Shown in pieces: positions 51,213-60,454 of a stretch of 64,000 nucleotides of DNA. Position 1 is the stretch's first letter; every line of letters starts with the position of its first letter. The DNA is from Dehalococcoidia bacterium (GTDB taxonomy: Bacteria; Chloroflexota; Dehalococcoidia; Lucifugimonadales; UBA1123), in the NCBI GenBank assembly GCA_965116405.1, contig OZ220685.1, positions 2,007,751 to 2,071,750 on the forward strand, given 5' to 3'. The notes under the pieces are model-generated. The model did no database searches and was not told the DNA's origin. It saw only the letters and a list, made by a program, of their open reading frames with translations. The translations under genes were made by a program, and so were the position numbers.

Positions 51213-52118
51213 ATGGCAAATGAGAGAGTCGCTTACGTAAACGGCCAGATAGTACCTGAGAGCCAGGCTGTCATATCGATCAAGGACAGGGGCTTTCTCC
51301 AGGGTGACGCGGTGTTCGACACGACGCGGACGTTCGGCCACCGCATCTTCAGGCTGGACGAACACCTGGACCGCTTCTTCCACTCGCTGAAGTACATGCG
51401 CCTCGAACCGGACCTGTCAAAGGAGGACTTCAAGCGTCTGACGATGGAAGTTCTGGAGGCGAATCTGCCACTGATCGACGGCGACGATGACTACTGGGTA
51501 ACGCAGCGTGTGACCCGTGGTGTCACGGTGGACGGTGAGGAAAAGCCGTCCATCATCATCGAGTGCGTGCCACTGCCATTCAGGGCTAGGGCTCGGTACT
51601 ATCGCGATGGAATTCCGGTAGTCGTGCCGTCGGTAAGGCGGACGCCACCGGAGGTCCAGAGTCCCCGCGCAAAGGTCCACAACTATGTCAACCTGGTCCA
51701 GGCTACCATGGAGGTCACTTCGCAGCACCCGGACAACTGGGCGATCCTGCTGGACACCAACGGCAACCTGTCAGAGGGCCCTGGAAGCAACATCTTCATC
51801 GTCAAGGACGGCATAGTCATGACCCCCAAGGAGCAGTTCATACTCTCCGGGATCAGTCGCCGTGTGACCATTGAGCTGGCCCAGGAGCTCGGCATCGAGG
51901 TGCAGGAGGCAGACATAGACCTGTATGACGCATACACGGCGGATGAGGCGTTCGTCACGTCGACGAGCTTCTGCATCTGCCCGGTGTCGTCGTTCAACGG
52001 GTCGTCGGTAGCAGACGGATCGGTGCCCGGTCCTGTGACCGATAGGCTCACCCGCGCATACAGTGGCATGGTCGGGATCGACGTTGCCGCCCAGTACCTA
52101 GCCCGCCTGGAAGAGTGA
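51213..52118 (+). CDS. Class IV (branched-chain / D-amino-acid) aminotransferase family protein
   Basis: 301 aa. The fold-type IV pattern is GFLQGDAVFDT.R....R.F.L..HL.R...S, then ...PRAKVHNYVNLV... and ...GISR. The precise substrate cannot be told from the sequence. Confidence 0.8.
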   Translation: MANERVAYVNGQIVPESQAVISIKDRGFLQGDAVFDTTRTFGHRIFRLDEHLDRFFHSLKYMRLEPDLSKEDFKRLTMEVLEANLPLIDGDDDYWVTQRVTRGVTVDGEEKPSIIIECVPLPFRARARYYRDGIPVVVPSVRRTPPEVQSPRAKVHNYVNLVQATMEVTSQHPDNWAILLDTNGNLSEGPGSNIFIVKDGIVMTPKEQFILSGISRRVTIELAQELGIEVQEADIDLYDAYTADEAFVTSTSFCICPVSSFNGSSVADGSVPGPVTDRLTRAYSGMVGIDVAAQYLARLEE

Positions 52119-52423
52119 AAGAGCACCCTCGAGACGTTCAGGAGCCGCCATTGCATGCAGTACGCGTATTGAGCGACTACATTGAGCAGGCCATGGAGCA
52201 GGCCGAGTACGACAAGCTCGAAGATGGGACATACGGAGGGAGCATCCCGCCCTGTCCCGGAGTGCTGGCGTTCGGAAGCACTCTTAGAGAATGCGAAACT
52301 GAATTGAGGTCAACACTTGAAGACTGGATACTGGTTGGGTTGAAGCTGGGGCATGCCCTTCCTGTAATCTGCGGTGTCGACCTTAACGCGGAGCCAAAAC
52401 GTGAACCGGTGGACGCCTTGTAG
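52115..52423 (+). CDS. hicB: HicB-family antitoxin
   Basis: 102 aa. It has LSDYIEQAMEQAEYDKLEDGTYGGSIPPCPGVLAFGSTLRECETELRSTLEDWILVGLKLGHALP. The GTG start overlaps the aminotransferase stop (GTGA). Confidence 0.7.
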   Translation: MKEHPRDVQEPPLHAVRVLSDYIEQAMEQAEYDKLEDGTYGGSIPPCPGVLAFGSTLRECETELRSTLEDWILVGLKLGHALPVICGVDLNAEPKREPVDAL

Positions 52424-52631
52424 TCGAAGGGTATTCGTCGGCAAGCTTCGCAGTCTCGGGTTCGATGGCCCTCTCTCTGGTTCCCGACATCAGTTCATGG
52501 TATTAAGGGATCACCGTCTTGCGATTCCATCGAACTCTGAGTATTCCGTGCCGCAGCTTCGAATGATGCTTCGCCAGGTAGAGGCGATTGTTGGACGCCG
52601 AATCAGCCTCCGGGAGTGGGGTAATCTGTAA
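52374..52631 (+). CDS. hicA: HicA-family toxin (mRNA interferase)
   Basis: It has ...KLRSLGFDGPLSGSRHQFMVLRDHRLAIPSNSEYSVPQLRMMLRQ (HicA/YcfA pattern with the conserved G-S-x-H). The start is uncertain (GTG 52374 or 52401) and overlaps the hicB 3' end. Confidence 0.7.
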   Translation: MSTLTRSQNVNRWTPCSRRVFVGKLRSLGFDGPLSGSRHQFMVLRDHRLAIPSNSEYSVPQLRMMLRQVEAIVGRRISLREWGNL

Positions 52632-52632
52632 C

Positions 52633-53547
52633 GTGGAAGTCGTTCGCGAGACTAAAGTCACCGTAAGAGCCCCGGCTACCTCGGCGAATATGGGTCCGGG
52701 CTTCGATTGCCTGGGGATCGCGCTGGATATCTGGAACACGGTGACGGTCTCGGTCGGCGATTCGGGCTTTGAGATCTTGGGACAGGGCGAGGACGAGCTA
52801 CCGAGAGACGAGTCTAATCTGGTCTTTCGGAGCATAGCGCGTGTCTTCGATGAATGCGGCACGGCCCTGCCACCCCTGTCTGTGCGGTGTCACAACGAGA
52901 TACCCACGACACGGGGCCTGGGATCGAGCTCAGCAGCGCTGGTGTCAGGGCTGACCATCGGAAATGAGCTGTGCGGCAGACAGCTCGACAGGGACGACCT
53001 GCTGCAGATCGCGGCATCCATAGAGGGTCACCCTGACAATGTCGCCCCCGCTATCTTTGGCGGGATGCAGGTGGCGGTCAGCCACAGCGACAGGGTAGTT
53101 GCGGCCCCCGTGCCCGTGCCTGAGGCGTTGTCGGCGGTGCTGTATGTGCCAAATGTTCCGATGCCAACGGAGGAAGCACGGGGATTGCTGGGCAGCGAGG
53201 TGCCTCGCTCAGATGCCGTATTCAACATGGGTAGGGTGGCGCTTCTTGTACGAGCAATGGCGACCGGTGACCTCGAGGGCTTGGACATAGCCACCGACGA
53301 CCGGCTGCATCAGCCCGCGCGGCAGACGATATTCTTCCCGATGAACAACATCATCCGGGCTGCGCTTGGTGCCGGAGCACTGGGAGCGTTTCTGTCCGGC
53401 GCGGGATCCACAGTACTGGCCTTAGCCACCGAGAAGGAATTCACCATCGGGTACGAGATGGCGGACGCGGCGGTGAAGTCGGGGCTGGATGGCGAGGTAG
53501 TGATAACGCGTCCGACGCCCACGGGCGTCCACATAGTCCGCCAGTAA
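52633..53547 (+). CDS. thrB: Homoserine kinase
   Basis: It has VRAPATSANMGPGFDCLGIAL and the GHMP motif PTTRGLGSSSAALVSG. I prefer the GTG at 52633, 1 nt after the hicA stop. The track ORF starts at 52588, inside hicA. Confidence 0.9.
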   Translation: MEVVRETKVTVRAPATSANMGPGFDCLGIALDIWNTVTVSVGDSGFEILGQGEDELPRDESNLVFRSIARVFDECGTALPPLSVRCHNEIPTTRGLGSSSAALVSGLTIGNELCGRQLDRDDLLQIAASIEGHPDNVAPAIFGGMQVAVSHSDRVVAAPVPVPEALSAVLYVPNVPMPTEEARGLLGSEVPRSDAVFNMGRVALLVRAMATGDLEGLDIATDDRLHQPARQTIFFPMNNIIRAALGAGALGAFLSGAGSTVLALATEKEFTIGYEMADAAVKSGLDGEVVITRPTPTGVHIVRQ

Positions 53548-53638
53548 CGCCAGTTATTTGACATTGACGGACTGACCGCGCTAAACCATTACAGTTGAGT
53601 CCCAAGGGCAAATCCTTACTAGCAGGCTAGTCTGAATC

Positions 53639-54868
53639 ATGGCGCTGGTTGTCCAGAAGTACGGCGGGAGTTCGCTCGCCGACGCGGAAAAGATAAACAA
53701 TGTCGCGGGGCGAATTGCTCGTGCCAAGAAAAATGGTCACAGGGTTGTGGCCGTCGTCAGTGCCATGGGAGATACGACCGACGAGCTGATAGAGCTTGCG
53801 GGGCAGGTCTCCGACATCCCCGACCGGCGCGAGCTCGACGTGCTGCTCTCCACCGGCGAGCTGAGGTCGTGCGCGCTGGTCGCGATGAGACTCAAGTCGC
53901 TTGGATACCCTGCCATCAGCCTTAGCGGCGCGCAGGCCGGCATTCGTACAGACAGCCAGTATGGAATGGCCAAGATCTCGAGCCTCGAGCCTCAACGTAT
54001 CGTGGATGAACTGGAAGAGGACCGTATCGTGGTAGTAGCCGGCTTCCAGGGAATCACTCCAGGAATGGATACGACAACTCTCGGAAGGGGAGCATCCGAC
54101 CTCACTGCAGTGGCACTCGCGGCCGGACTGGGAGCGGTGCGTTGCGAGGTGTACACTGACGTCGAGGGGATATACACGGCCGATCCGAGACTGGTGCCGA
54201 AGGCTTGGAAACTCGATGAGATCAGCTTCGAAGAGATGCTGGAGCTCGCGAACTACGGCGCGAAGATGAACCCCCGGTCGATAGAGTTGGGTATGGCCTA
54301 CAACACGCCCATTCTGGTGGCCTCCAGCTTCTCAGACGTACCGGGCACGCTCATACATGGTGATGTTGCTATGAACAAGAACGTTGGCGAGATGCGAAAC
54401 CGGGTGTCGGGAATAGCTACCGATACTAACGTCGCGAAGATCACCGTGCAGGGTGTGAAGGACCGTCCCGGAATCGCGGCCAGCCTGTTCGAGCCCCTGG
54501 CCGACGTTGGGATCAGCGTAGACGTGATCGTGCAGAACGCGAGCGTCGGCGGAACGACCGACCTGACGTTCACCGTAAAGAAGGACGACCTCAGCCGTGC
54601 AACAAAGGTCGTCGACAAGGTGGCTGAGGAACTGGGCAGCGATGGTCTCGTAACTTCACTGGGGCTCGCAAAGGTCAGCATCGTCGGCACCGGAATGCAG
54701 GATGCCCCTGGATACGCGAGCACAATGTTCCGCACCCTCGCCGACGCCGGCATCAATATAGAGATGATCACCACGTCAGAGATCAGGATCACATGTCTCG
54801 TCTCTGAAGACTCTATCGGCCCCGCCTCGCGGGCCCTCCATACCGCGTTCGACATGGACGTGGCATAA
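53639..54868 (+). CDS. lysC: Aspartate kinase (monofunctional, with two ACT domains)
   Basis: 409 aa. It has VVQKYGGSSL, VVSAMGDTTDEL, GRGASDLTAVALA, and a C-terminal ACT pair. Confidence 0.95.
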   Translation: MALVVQKYGGSSLADAEKINNVAGRIARAKKNGHRVVAVVSAMGDTTDELIELAGQVSDIPDRRELDVLLSTGELRSCALVAMRLKSLGYPAISLSGAQAGIRTDSQYGMAKISSLEPQRIVDELEEDRIVVVAGFQGITPGMDTTTLGRGASDLTAVALAAGLGAVRCEVYTDVEGIYTADPRLVPKAWKLDEISFEEMLELANYGAKMNPRSIELGMAYNTPILVASSFSDVPGTLIHGDVAMNKNVGEMRNRVSGIATDTNVAKITVQGVKDRPGIAASLFEPLADVGISVDVIVQNASVGGTTDLTFTVKKDDLSRATKVVDKVAEELGSDGLVTSLGLAKVSIVGTGMQDAPGYASTMFRTLADAGINIEMITTSEIRITCLVSEDSIGPASRALHTAFDMDVA

Positions 54869-54881
54869 CACTTGGTCTCGA

Positions 54882-55613
54882 GTGAATGAGTCCGAAACCC
54901 CTCTGCTGTCAGTAGTTATACCTGCGTTCAACGAGTCCGCCCGGATCATTGGAACACTCGACGAGCTTGCGCGATACCTCGACGAGCAGGACTATACTTC
55001 GGAAGTCCTCGTCATCGACGACGGCAGCGCTGACGGCACGGCGGACATGGTTCGACGATGGGCCGCCGACAGGTCCGACACCTTTGTAATCGGGATTCCC
55101 CATGCGGGCAAGGGCTGGGCGGTGAGGGCCGGAATGCTGGCGGCACGGGGCTCGTACAGGTTCATGTGCGACGCCGACCTGGCCATGCCCGTCCATTGGA
55201 TAGGCGCGTTCATAGAGAAGATGGAGGCCGGCCTCGACATAGTGATCGGCTCCCGTGAAGCAGCTGGCGCACGTAGGTTTGACGAACCCGCATATCGTCA
55301 CGTGATGGGCAGGGTGTTCAACAGGGTTGTCCGCCTGCTGGCAGTCAGAGGGTTTCAGGATACTCAGTGCGGCTTTAAGTGCTTTCGAGCCGAGGTTGCC
55401 GATCAGCTCTTCAGACTTCAGCGGACGAGGGGAATGGGCTTCGACGTTGAGATCCTCTTCCTTGCCAGAAAGCGAGGTCTCAGCATAGAGGAGATGCCAA
55501 TCGACTGGTACCATCAGGACGTGAGTAAGGTCCGCCCCGGCGCGGATACGATCGACATGCTAAAGGACACAATCGTTATCAGGCTGAGGGACCTCACGAG
55601 GAAGTACGGCTGA
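54882..55613 (+). CDS. Family-2 glycosyltransferase (polyprenyl-phosphate glycosyltransferase-like)
   Basis: 243 aa with a GTG start. It has LSVVIPAFNESARI and VIDDGSADGT...CDADL. Confidence 0.85.
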   Translation: MNESETPLLSVVIPAFNESARIIGTLDELARYLDEQDYTSEVLVIDDGSADGTADMVRRWAADRSDTFVIGIPHAGKGWAVRAGMLAARGSYRFMCDADLAMPVHWIGAFIEKMEAGLDIVIGSREAAGARRFDEPAYRHVMGRVFNRVVRLLAVRGFQDTQCGFKCFRAEVADQLFRLQRTRGMGFDVEILFLARKRGLSIEEMPIDWYHQDVSKVRPGADTIDMLKDTIVIRLRDLTRKYG

Positions 55614-55623
55614 CCCAGGCGCA

Positions 55624-56379
55624 ATGAGCAGCAGCACGCACGAGCACCAGGGAGAATCGCGGATTTCCGGCCGCGTGGCGGTCGTGGTCCCCACGTACAA
55701 CGAGGCCGAGAACCTGCCGGAGTTGTCAAGCCGGCTGTTTGCGCTCGACCTCGACGACCTCTGGCTTTACATCGTCGACGACGGCTCGCCGGACGGGACT
55801 GCCGACGTAGCTCGAGAGCTTTCTGGAGGATACGACGGCAGGATCGAGGTGATCTCCAGGAGCGGTAAGCTGGGTCTGGGCACTGCCTACACGACGGGCT
55901 TTGCCAGGGCACTATCTGAAGAGATCGACTACGTGGTGCAGATGGACGCGGACCTGTCCCACGTGCCTGAGGAGATCCCGCTTATGCTGGCGAAGCTGGA
56001 CCGCTTCGATGTTGCGGTCGGGTCAAGGTACACCAGCGGCGGCGGCCTGGACCCGGAGTGGAGCGCCAAGCGCAGGTTGCTCAGCGGAGGGGGTAACCAC
56101 CTGATACGGGCGGTCACGGGTGTGAAAGTCCGGGACGTAACGTCAGGATTCAAGGCGTACCGGGCCAGTGCGCTGCGTTCGCTGGACCTCTCGAGGATCC
56201 GTTGCATCGGGTTCGGCTTCCAGGCCGAGATTGCACACTACTGCCAGGCCAACGGGCTGTCAGTCACCGAGCATCCGATAACGTTCATGGAGCGGACTCG
56301 CGGCGAGTCCAAGATGTCGGTCAGGATCATTGCCGAGGCAATGTGGAAACTAACTTTACTCAGGATTAGAACAATATAA
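55624..56379 (+). CDS. Family-2 glycosyltransferase, polyprenol-phosphate mannose synthase-like (Dpm1/Ppm1 type)
   Basis: 251 aa. It has VAVVVPTYNEAENL, IVDDGSPDGT, VQMDADLSH and SGFKAYR. Confidence 0.85.
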   Translation: MSSSTHEHQGESRISGRVAVVVPTYNEAENLPELSSRLFALDLDDLWLYIVDDGSPDGTADVARELSGGYDGRIEVISRSGKLGLGTAYTTGFARALSEEIDYVVQMDADLSHVPEEIPLMLAKLDRFDVAVGSRYTSGGGLDPEWSAKRRLLSGGGNHLIRAVTGVKVRDVTSGFKAYRASALRSLDLSRIRCIGFGFQAEIAHYCQANGLSVTEHPITFMERTRGESKMSVRIIAEAMWKLTLLRIRTI

Positions 56380-56392
56380 GATAACAATTATC
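56380..56392. promoter_or_regulatory. Fur-box-like 6-1-6 palindrome
   Basis: GATAAC-A-ATTATC lies in a short AT-rich spacer about 70 nt upstream of the TPR gene ATG. It matches GATAATnATTATC in 12 of 13 positions. Confidence 0.25.
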
Positions 56393-56462
56393 ACTTATTT
56401 TGCCTTGTGTGGCTTCTGAGCTATCGGCTAGTATTCCCTAACCTTTGCAGAGGCGAGTGCAA

Positions 56463-57320
56463 ATGAACGCACACGGATTCGAAGACAGAGACAAGATTCG
56501 CAAGGACCGTGCCAAGAGGGCTGTGGCCTTCGCAATGCGCGGAAAGTGGGAACAGGCTGCGGCGATGAACACCTCTATCGTCCGCGAATTCCCCGACGAC
56601 CTCGAAGCCTACAACCGGCTGGGCAAGTCGCTGAGCGAGCTTGGCCGCAACAGGGAGGCGAAGGCCTCGTTTGAGGCCGTGCTGCAGAGGTCGCCCTATA
56701 ACTCAATCGCAAAGAAGAACCTCGCCAGGCTGACCAAGCTATCTGACGAGGCTTCCCCGCGTGTTGCCAAGCGCGCGAGCCGGAGCGTCCACGCGTTCAT
56801 TGAAGAGAGCGGCAAGGCTGGCGTCACCACGCTGACCAACCCGGCTCCGACGAGCATTCTGCTCGAGCTGACCCCAGGCGACCTAGTCAACCTCAGATTG
56901 ACGGGTAAGGCGTTGACGGTGACCGACGAGTCCGGCGCTTACATAGGCCAGGTGGAGCCCAGGGTCGGAACCAGGATCGCCAGGCTGATGAAGGGCGGGA
57001 ACCGCTACGAAGCGACTGTGACAAGCGCAGAAGGCCAGCGGCTGGACATCATCATCAGGGAGACATACAAGAGTCCGTCCCAGTTGGGTGTCGTGTCGTT
57101 CCCGCTGCGCGGCAGCGCGGAGTATGGCGGATACCTGCCCAGCCAGGCCGTGGCATTTGACGCCGACGACGAGATGGAGGTCCCGGTCGCTGAGAAGATC
57201 GCCGTAAAGGACTGGTCTAACGACGACACCGAGCCGGGCGATGACGAGGCCTTCAGCCCCGTAATCCACCGGATCATCAACTCGCCAGGCGACGAGGTGG
57301 ACGACGATGACGACTACTAG
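56463..57320 (+). CDS. TPR-repeat protein with an uncharacterised C-terminal domain and a poly-acidic tail
   Basis: The N-terminus is TPR-like (GKWEQAAAMNTSIVREFPDDLEAYNRLGKSLSELGRNREAKASFEAVLQRSPYNSIAKKNLARL). The C-terminus ends DEVDDDDDY. The track ORF begins at TTG 56445. Confidence 0.6.
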   Translation: MNAHGFEDRDKIRKDRAKRAVAFAMRGKWEQAAAMNTSIVREFPDDLEAYNRLGKSLSELGRNREAKASFEAVLQRSPYNSIAKKNLARLTKLSDEASPRVAKRASRSVHAFIEESGKAGVTTLTNPAPTSILLELTPGDLVNLRLTGKALTVTDESGAYIGQVEPRVGTRIARLMKGGNRYEATVTSAEGQRLDIIIRETYKSPSQLGVVSFPLRGSAEYGGYLPSQAVAFDADDEMEVPVAEKIAVKDWSNDDTEPGDDEAFSPVIHRIINSPGDEVDDDDDY

Positions 57321-57332
57321 GCATCGGTCGGC

Positions 57333-57602
57333 CTAGTCAGAGTCATCTCCTTCGTCCGTCGCGAGTGGGCGGGGTCGGAAGTATAGCCCCCAACGCTGCA
57401 TCAACTCGTACACGCGCTCGTCGTTCAGTTCCGTAAGCTGCCTGAAGAACCCCGCCATCGCGTGCGCGTGCATCAACTCTGGTGAGCAGACCCAACTCGA
57501 CTCCGCTGGCACGACGTACAGCAGTCCGTTCTGGTGTTCGCACTCCAGTTCGACGCGCTTTCCGCCCTGGTCTGCCTTGACGTTCAGGCCGAACTGTCCC
57601 AT
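57333..57602 (-). CDS. Small hypothetical protein (89 aa)
   Basis: The ORF has non-repetitive composition and is convergent with the TPR gene. I recognise no family. Confidence 0.4.
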   Translation of the reverse strand: MGQFGLNVKADQGGKRVELECEHQNGLLYVVPAESSWVCSPELMHAHAMAGFFRQLTELNDERVYELMQRWGLYFRPRPLATDEGDDSD

Positions 57603-57730
57603 TGACTGCTCCTCTTCTCAACTCCGTCCGGAGACGTCATACGTATGTGGTTCACAAGAGCCTCACGACCTGCCCAGAACCCGGCCCAAAGCATTATATG
57701 GGCCTCAGTCTGGTTGATGATATATGCCGT

Positions 57731-57739
57731 TGCTATAAT
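57731..57739 (+). promoter_or_regulatory. Extended -10 promoter element (TGCTATAAT)
   Basis: A perfect TATAAT (57734-57739) is preceded by TGC. It lies about 35-50 nt upstream of the MBL hydrolase start codons. No convincing -35 is present. Confidence 0.45.
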
Positions 57740-57771
57740 CACTCGGAGCCAGGGCCGTTCGGCCCGGGGAA

Positions 57772-58428
57772 ATGCAGGAGGAACCGATGGAGGCCCACTT
57801 CCAGGACGAGACAATAACGATTCAGAAGATACAGTGCGGGCCATACGGTAACAACGCTTACATACTGGTGTGCCCGCAGACCAACGAGAGCATCGTGATC
57901 GACGCACCGCCTGACCCAGGCGCAATGATCGAGGCTGCCAGGCAGACTGACGTCAAGGTCATACTGATCACGCACAACCACTTCGATCACATCGAGGGTC
58001 TGCCCGAGGTAAAAGAGGCGCTGGGCGCTCCCGTCGCAATCGGCACGGCTGACGCCGACGGACTCCCGGAGCCGCCCGACATCTGTGTCGACGACGGTGA
58101 CGAGATAAAGGCCGGGTCAATCACGCTGAAGGCGATCTACACTCCCGGGCACACCGACGGCTCAACGTGCTTCGAGTTCGGCCCGCACCTGTTCACCGGC
58201 GACACGCTGTTCCCGAATGGACCGGGCAGGTCGCGCAGCCCTGAGGCTCTGGCGCAGTTGCTCGAGAGCGTAAGCACCAGGCTGTTCGTGCTGGACCACA
58301 TCAACGACTTCTTCCCAGGTCACGGGGACGACGGCAACCTGGCGACCGAGAAGGCCAAGTACGAGGTCTTCGCATCCAAATCGCATCCAGCAGACCTTGA
58401 AGGGGACGTTGACTGGCTGAACAGCTAA
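57772..58428 (+). CDS. MBL-fold metallo-hydrolase (glyoxalase II-like)
   Basis: It has ILITHNHFDHIEG, TPGHTDGS and FPGHGD. The ATG at 57787 (MEAHFQ...) has GGAGG 6 nt upstream and is the more likely start. Confidence 0.85.
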   Translation: MQEEPMEAHFQDETITIQKIQCGPYGNNAYILVCPQTNESIVIDAPPDPGAMIEAARQTDVKVILITHNHFDHIEGLPEVKEALGAPVAIGTADADGLPEPPDICVDDGDEIKAGSITLKAIYTPGHTDGSTCFEFGPHLFTGDTLFPNGPGRSRSPEALAQLLESVSTRLFVLDHINDFFPGHGDDGNLATEKAKYEVFASKSHPADLEGDVDWLNS

Positions 58429-58474
58429 AGATCAGCCACAGGCGAGACCTGACTCTCAAACAAGGTAGTCTGCT

Positions 58475-59170
58475 GTGACGGAACATGGGATCCGCTTTGT
58501 CCGATGGCGAATGCGCGACGTCGTGCAGGGTACGGCTGCGCTAATAGTCATTTCTGTCGCACTGGTACCAATTACCCTTGCCGTGCATGTGTCGGGTCGA
58601 GAGGACCTTGGTCCGGTTGTGATACTTGCGGCAGCGGCGGCTGAGGCGCTGATCGTCCTGGTTGTCTGGCGGCTCGCTATACGAAGGTACGTGCAGGGCG
58701 GGTGGGCCGCAGTTGGAGTTCGCTCCCCCCAGAGTGTCCTTGCCTACCTGCTGATTCCGGTTGTCTTGATCGGCAGCCTGGCGTTCACGGCTCTATACGA
58801 ACTCGTCGTTACGTCGCTTGGGGCGGAGTCGCTGGTGCCGGAGGAACTACCTTCGGAGATGTTCGGCGACGGCCTTTTCAGGGTAATGACGGTCTCGGCA
58901 ACCGTACTGGTGATACCCTTCGTCGAAGAGCTGTTCTTCAGGGGGTTCCTGTTCACTGGACTGGCCGCGCGGTTCGGCGTGTTAACAGGGCTGGCCATTA
59001 GCGCCGCAGTGTTCGCAGCCGCGCATCTCGACGTGAGGACCATGATCCCCATCTTCGTCGCGGGTTTCCTGTTCGGCTGGGCGTACCATGTGACGAAGTC
59101 GCTGTGGGTACCGATCGCCGCCCACGCTTTTCAGAACCTGGCGGCGCTGATGCTCCTGGACATAATGTAA
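58475..59170 (+). CDS. CPBP-family intramembrane glutamic endopeptidase (CAAX protease-like)
   Basis: 231 aa and polytopic. It has the motifs EELFFRGFLF and AAHAFQNL. It uses a GTG start. Confidence 0.85.
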   Translation: MTEHGIRFVRWRMRDVVQGTAALIVISVALVPITLAVHVSGREDLGPVVILAAAAAEALIVLVVWRLAIRRYVQGGWAAVGVRSPQSVLAYLLIPVVLIGSLAFTALYELVVTSLGAESLVPEELPSEMFGDGLFRVMTVSATVLVIPFVEELFFRGFLFTGLAARFGVLTGLAISAAVFAAAHLDVRTMIPIFVAGFLFGWAYHVTKSLWVPIAAHAFQNLAALMLLDIM

Positions 59171-59200
59171 ACACCCCTAACAGAGACGAGGTTAGCGGAG

Positions 59201-60010
59201 ATGGCGAACAGAATAGACACCGTTCTCGGCAGGCTGCGGGAGTCAAAACAGACTGCGCTGGCACCGTACCTTACGATCGGCTTCCCGGACGTGCCCACAT
59301 CTGAGGAGCTCGCCCGGACAATCCTGGAGTCCGGCGGTGACTTGCTGGAGCTGGGCGTGCCTTTCAGCGACCCGCTGGCGGATGGCCCGACGGTCCAGAT
59401 GACAACCTACCGCGCGCTGCAGAACGGCGTGACGGTCAGGAAGTGCCTCGATGTGATACGACGCCTCCGCGCCTCTGGAGTCGATGCCCCCCTGGTCTTC
59501 ATGGGCTACTACAACCCTTACCTCCGGTACGGACCTGAGAAGTTCCTCGATGAAGCCGCTGACGCTGGCGTGGACGGGATGATCGTGCCGGACATGCCGA
59601 CTGAGGAGGCGGTGCAGTTCGGGGAGATGTCCGCGAACCGGGGAATTCACCTGATCCCAATGCTTGCGCCGACCAGCTCCGACGAGCGTATCTCGAATGC
59701 TTGCAAAGGCGCAGGTGGGTTTATATACTGCGTGAGCCTCACCGGAGTGACGTCCGCAAGGAGAACGCTTTCACGCGCGACCGCTGGACTTGTCGAGCGC
59801 ATCCGGCAACACACCGATCTGCCTTTACTCGTGGGGTTTGGTGTGTCCAGGGCGGAGCATGTCGCTGAGATAGGGGCCTACGCTGAGGGCGCAGTGGTTG
59901 GGAGCGCTCTACTGGACGCCGTAGACATCGCCCCACAGGACGGCAAGGTGGAAGCGGCTCGGGACTTCATCCGCGCTCTTAAAGGAATCGATAGCAAGGG
60001 CAGCAACTAG
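59201..60010 (+). CDS. trpA: Tryptophan synthase alpha chain
   Basis: 269 aa. It has LAPYLTIGFPD, LELGVPFSDPLADGPTVQ and GFGVS. No trpB is adjacent. Confidence 0.92.
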   Translation: MANRIDTVLGRLRESKQTALAPYLTIGFPDVPTSEELARTILESGGDLLELGVPFSDPLADGPTVQMTTYRALQNGVTVRKCLDVIRRLRASGVDAPLVFMGYYNPYLRYGPEKFLDEAADAGVDGMIVPDMPTEEAVQFGEMSANRGIHLIPMLAPTSSDERISNACKGAGGFIYCVSLTGVTSARRTLSRATAGLVERIRQHTDLPLLVGFGVSRAEHVAEIGAYAEGAVVGSALLDAVDIAPQDGKVEAARDFIRALKGIDSKGSN

Positions 60011-60385
60011 ATGACCAAAGTGAGAGGACTGCGAGGGGCCACTACCGCCGACAGCAACACCAAGGACGCCATACTCGAGGCGACGCGTGAGCTGTTGGAG
60101 GCCTTGGTTGAAGCCAACGACGTAAACGCAGATGACATAGCCGCGGTCACGTTCAGTACCACCAGGGACCTCAACGCAGAGTTTCCCGCAGTTGCCGCAA
60201 GAGTAGATATGGGCTGGACGGAAGTAGCGATGATGTGCGGCCACGAGATGGACGTTCCCGGCGGGCAGGAGCGCTGCATCCGGGTGATGATTCTCATAAA
60301 CACCGACAAGGAGCCCCACGAGCTGGAACGAGTCTACCAACGAGAAGCCGCCAGCCTGCGAGCCAGGGGCGGTAGGGGAGGCTGA
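60011..60385 (+). CDS. aroH: AroH-class chorismate mutase
   Basis: 124 aa. It has VRGLRGATTADSNTKDAILEATRELLEAL..., the B. subtilis AroH-type N-terminus. The ATG immediately follows the trpA TAG. Confidence 0.8.
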   Translation: MTKVRGLRGATTADSNTKDAILEATRELLEALVEANDVNADDIAAVTFSTTRDLNAEFPAVAARVDMGWTEVAMMCGHEMDVPGGQERCIRVMILINTDKEPHELERVYQREAASLRARGGRGG

Positions 60386-60454
60386 GCCTCGACCCTAAAG
60401 TGCCCATCTGCAGGGCACAGACACAATTAATGGCAAGCAAGGAGGACAAGATAA

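Noticed and set aside
60008-60013. trpA TAG followed in frame by the aroH ATG, considered as stop-codon readthrough or a Pyl-type fusion.
   Set aside because: There is no evidence for UAG recoding machinery, and both proteins have normal termini. It is most simply tight translational coupling.
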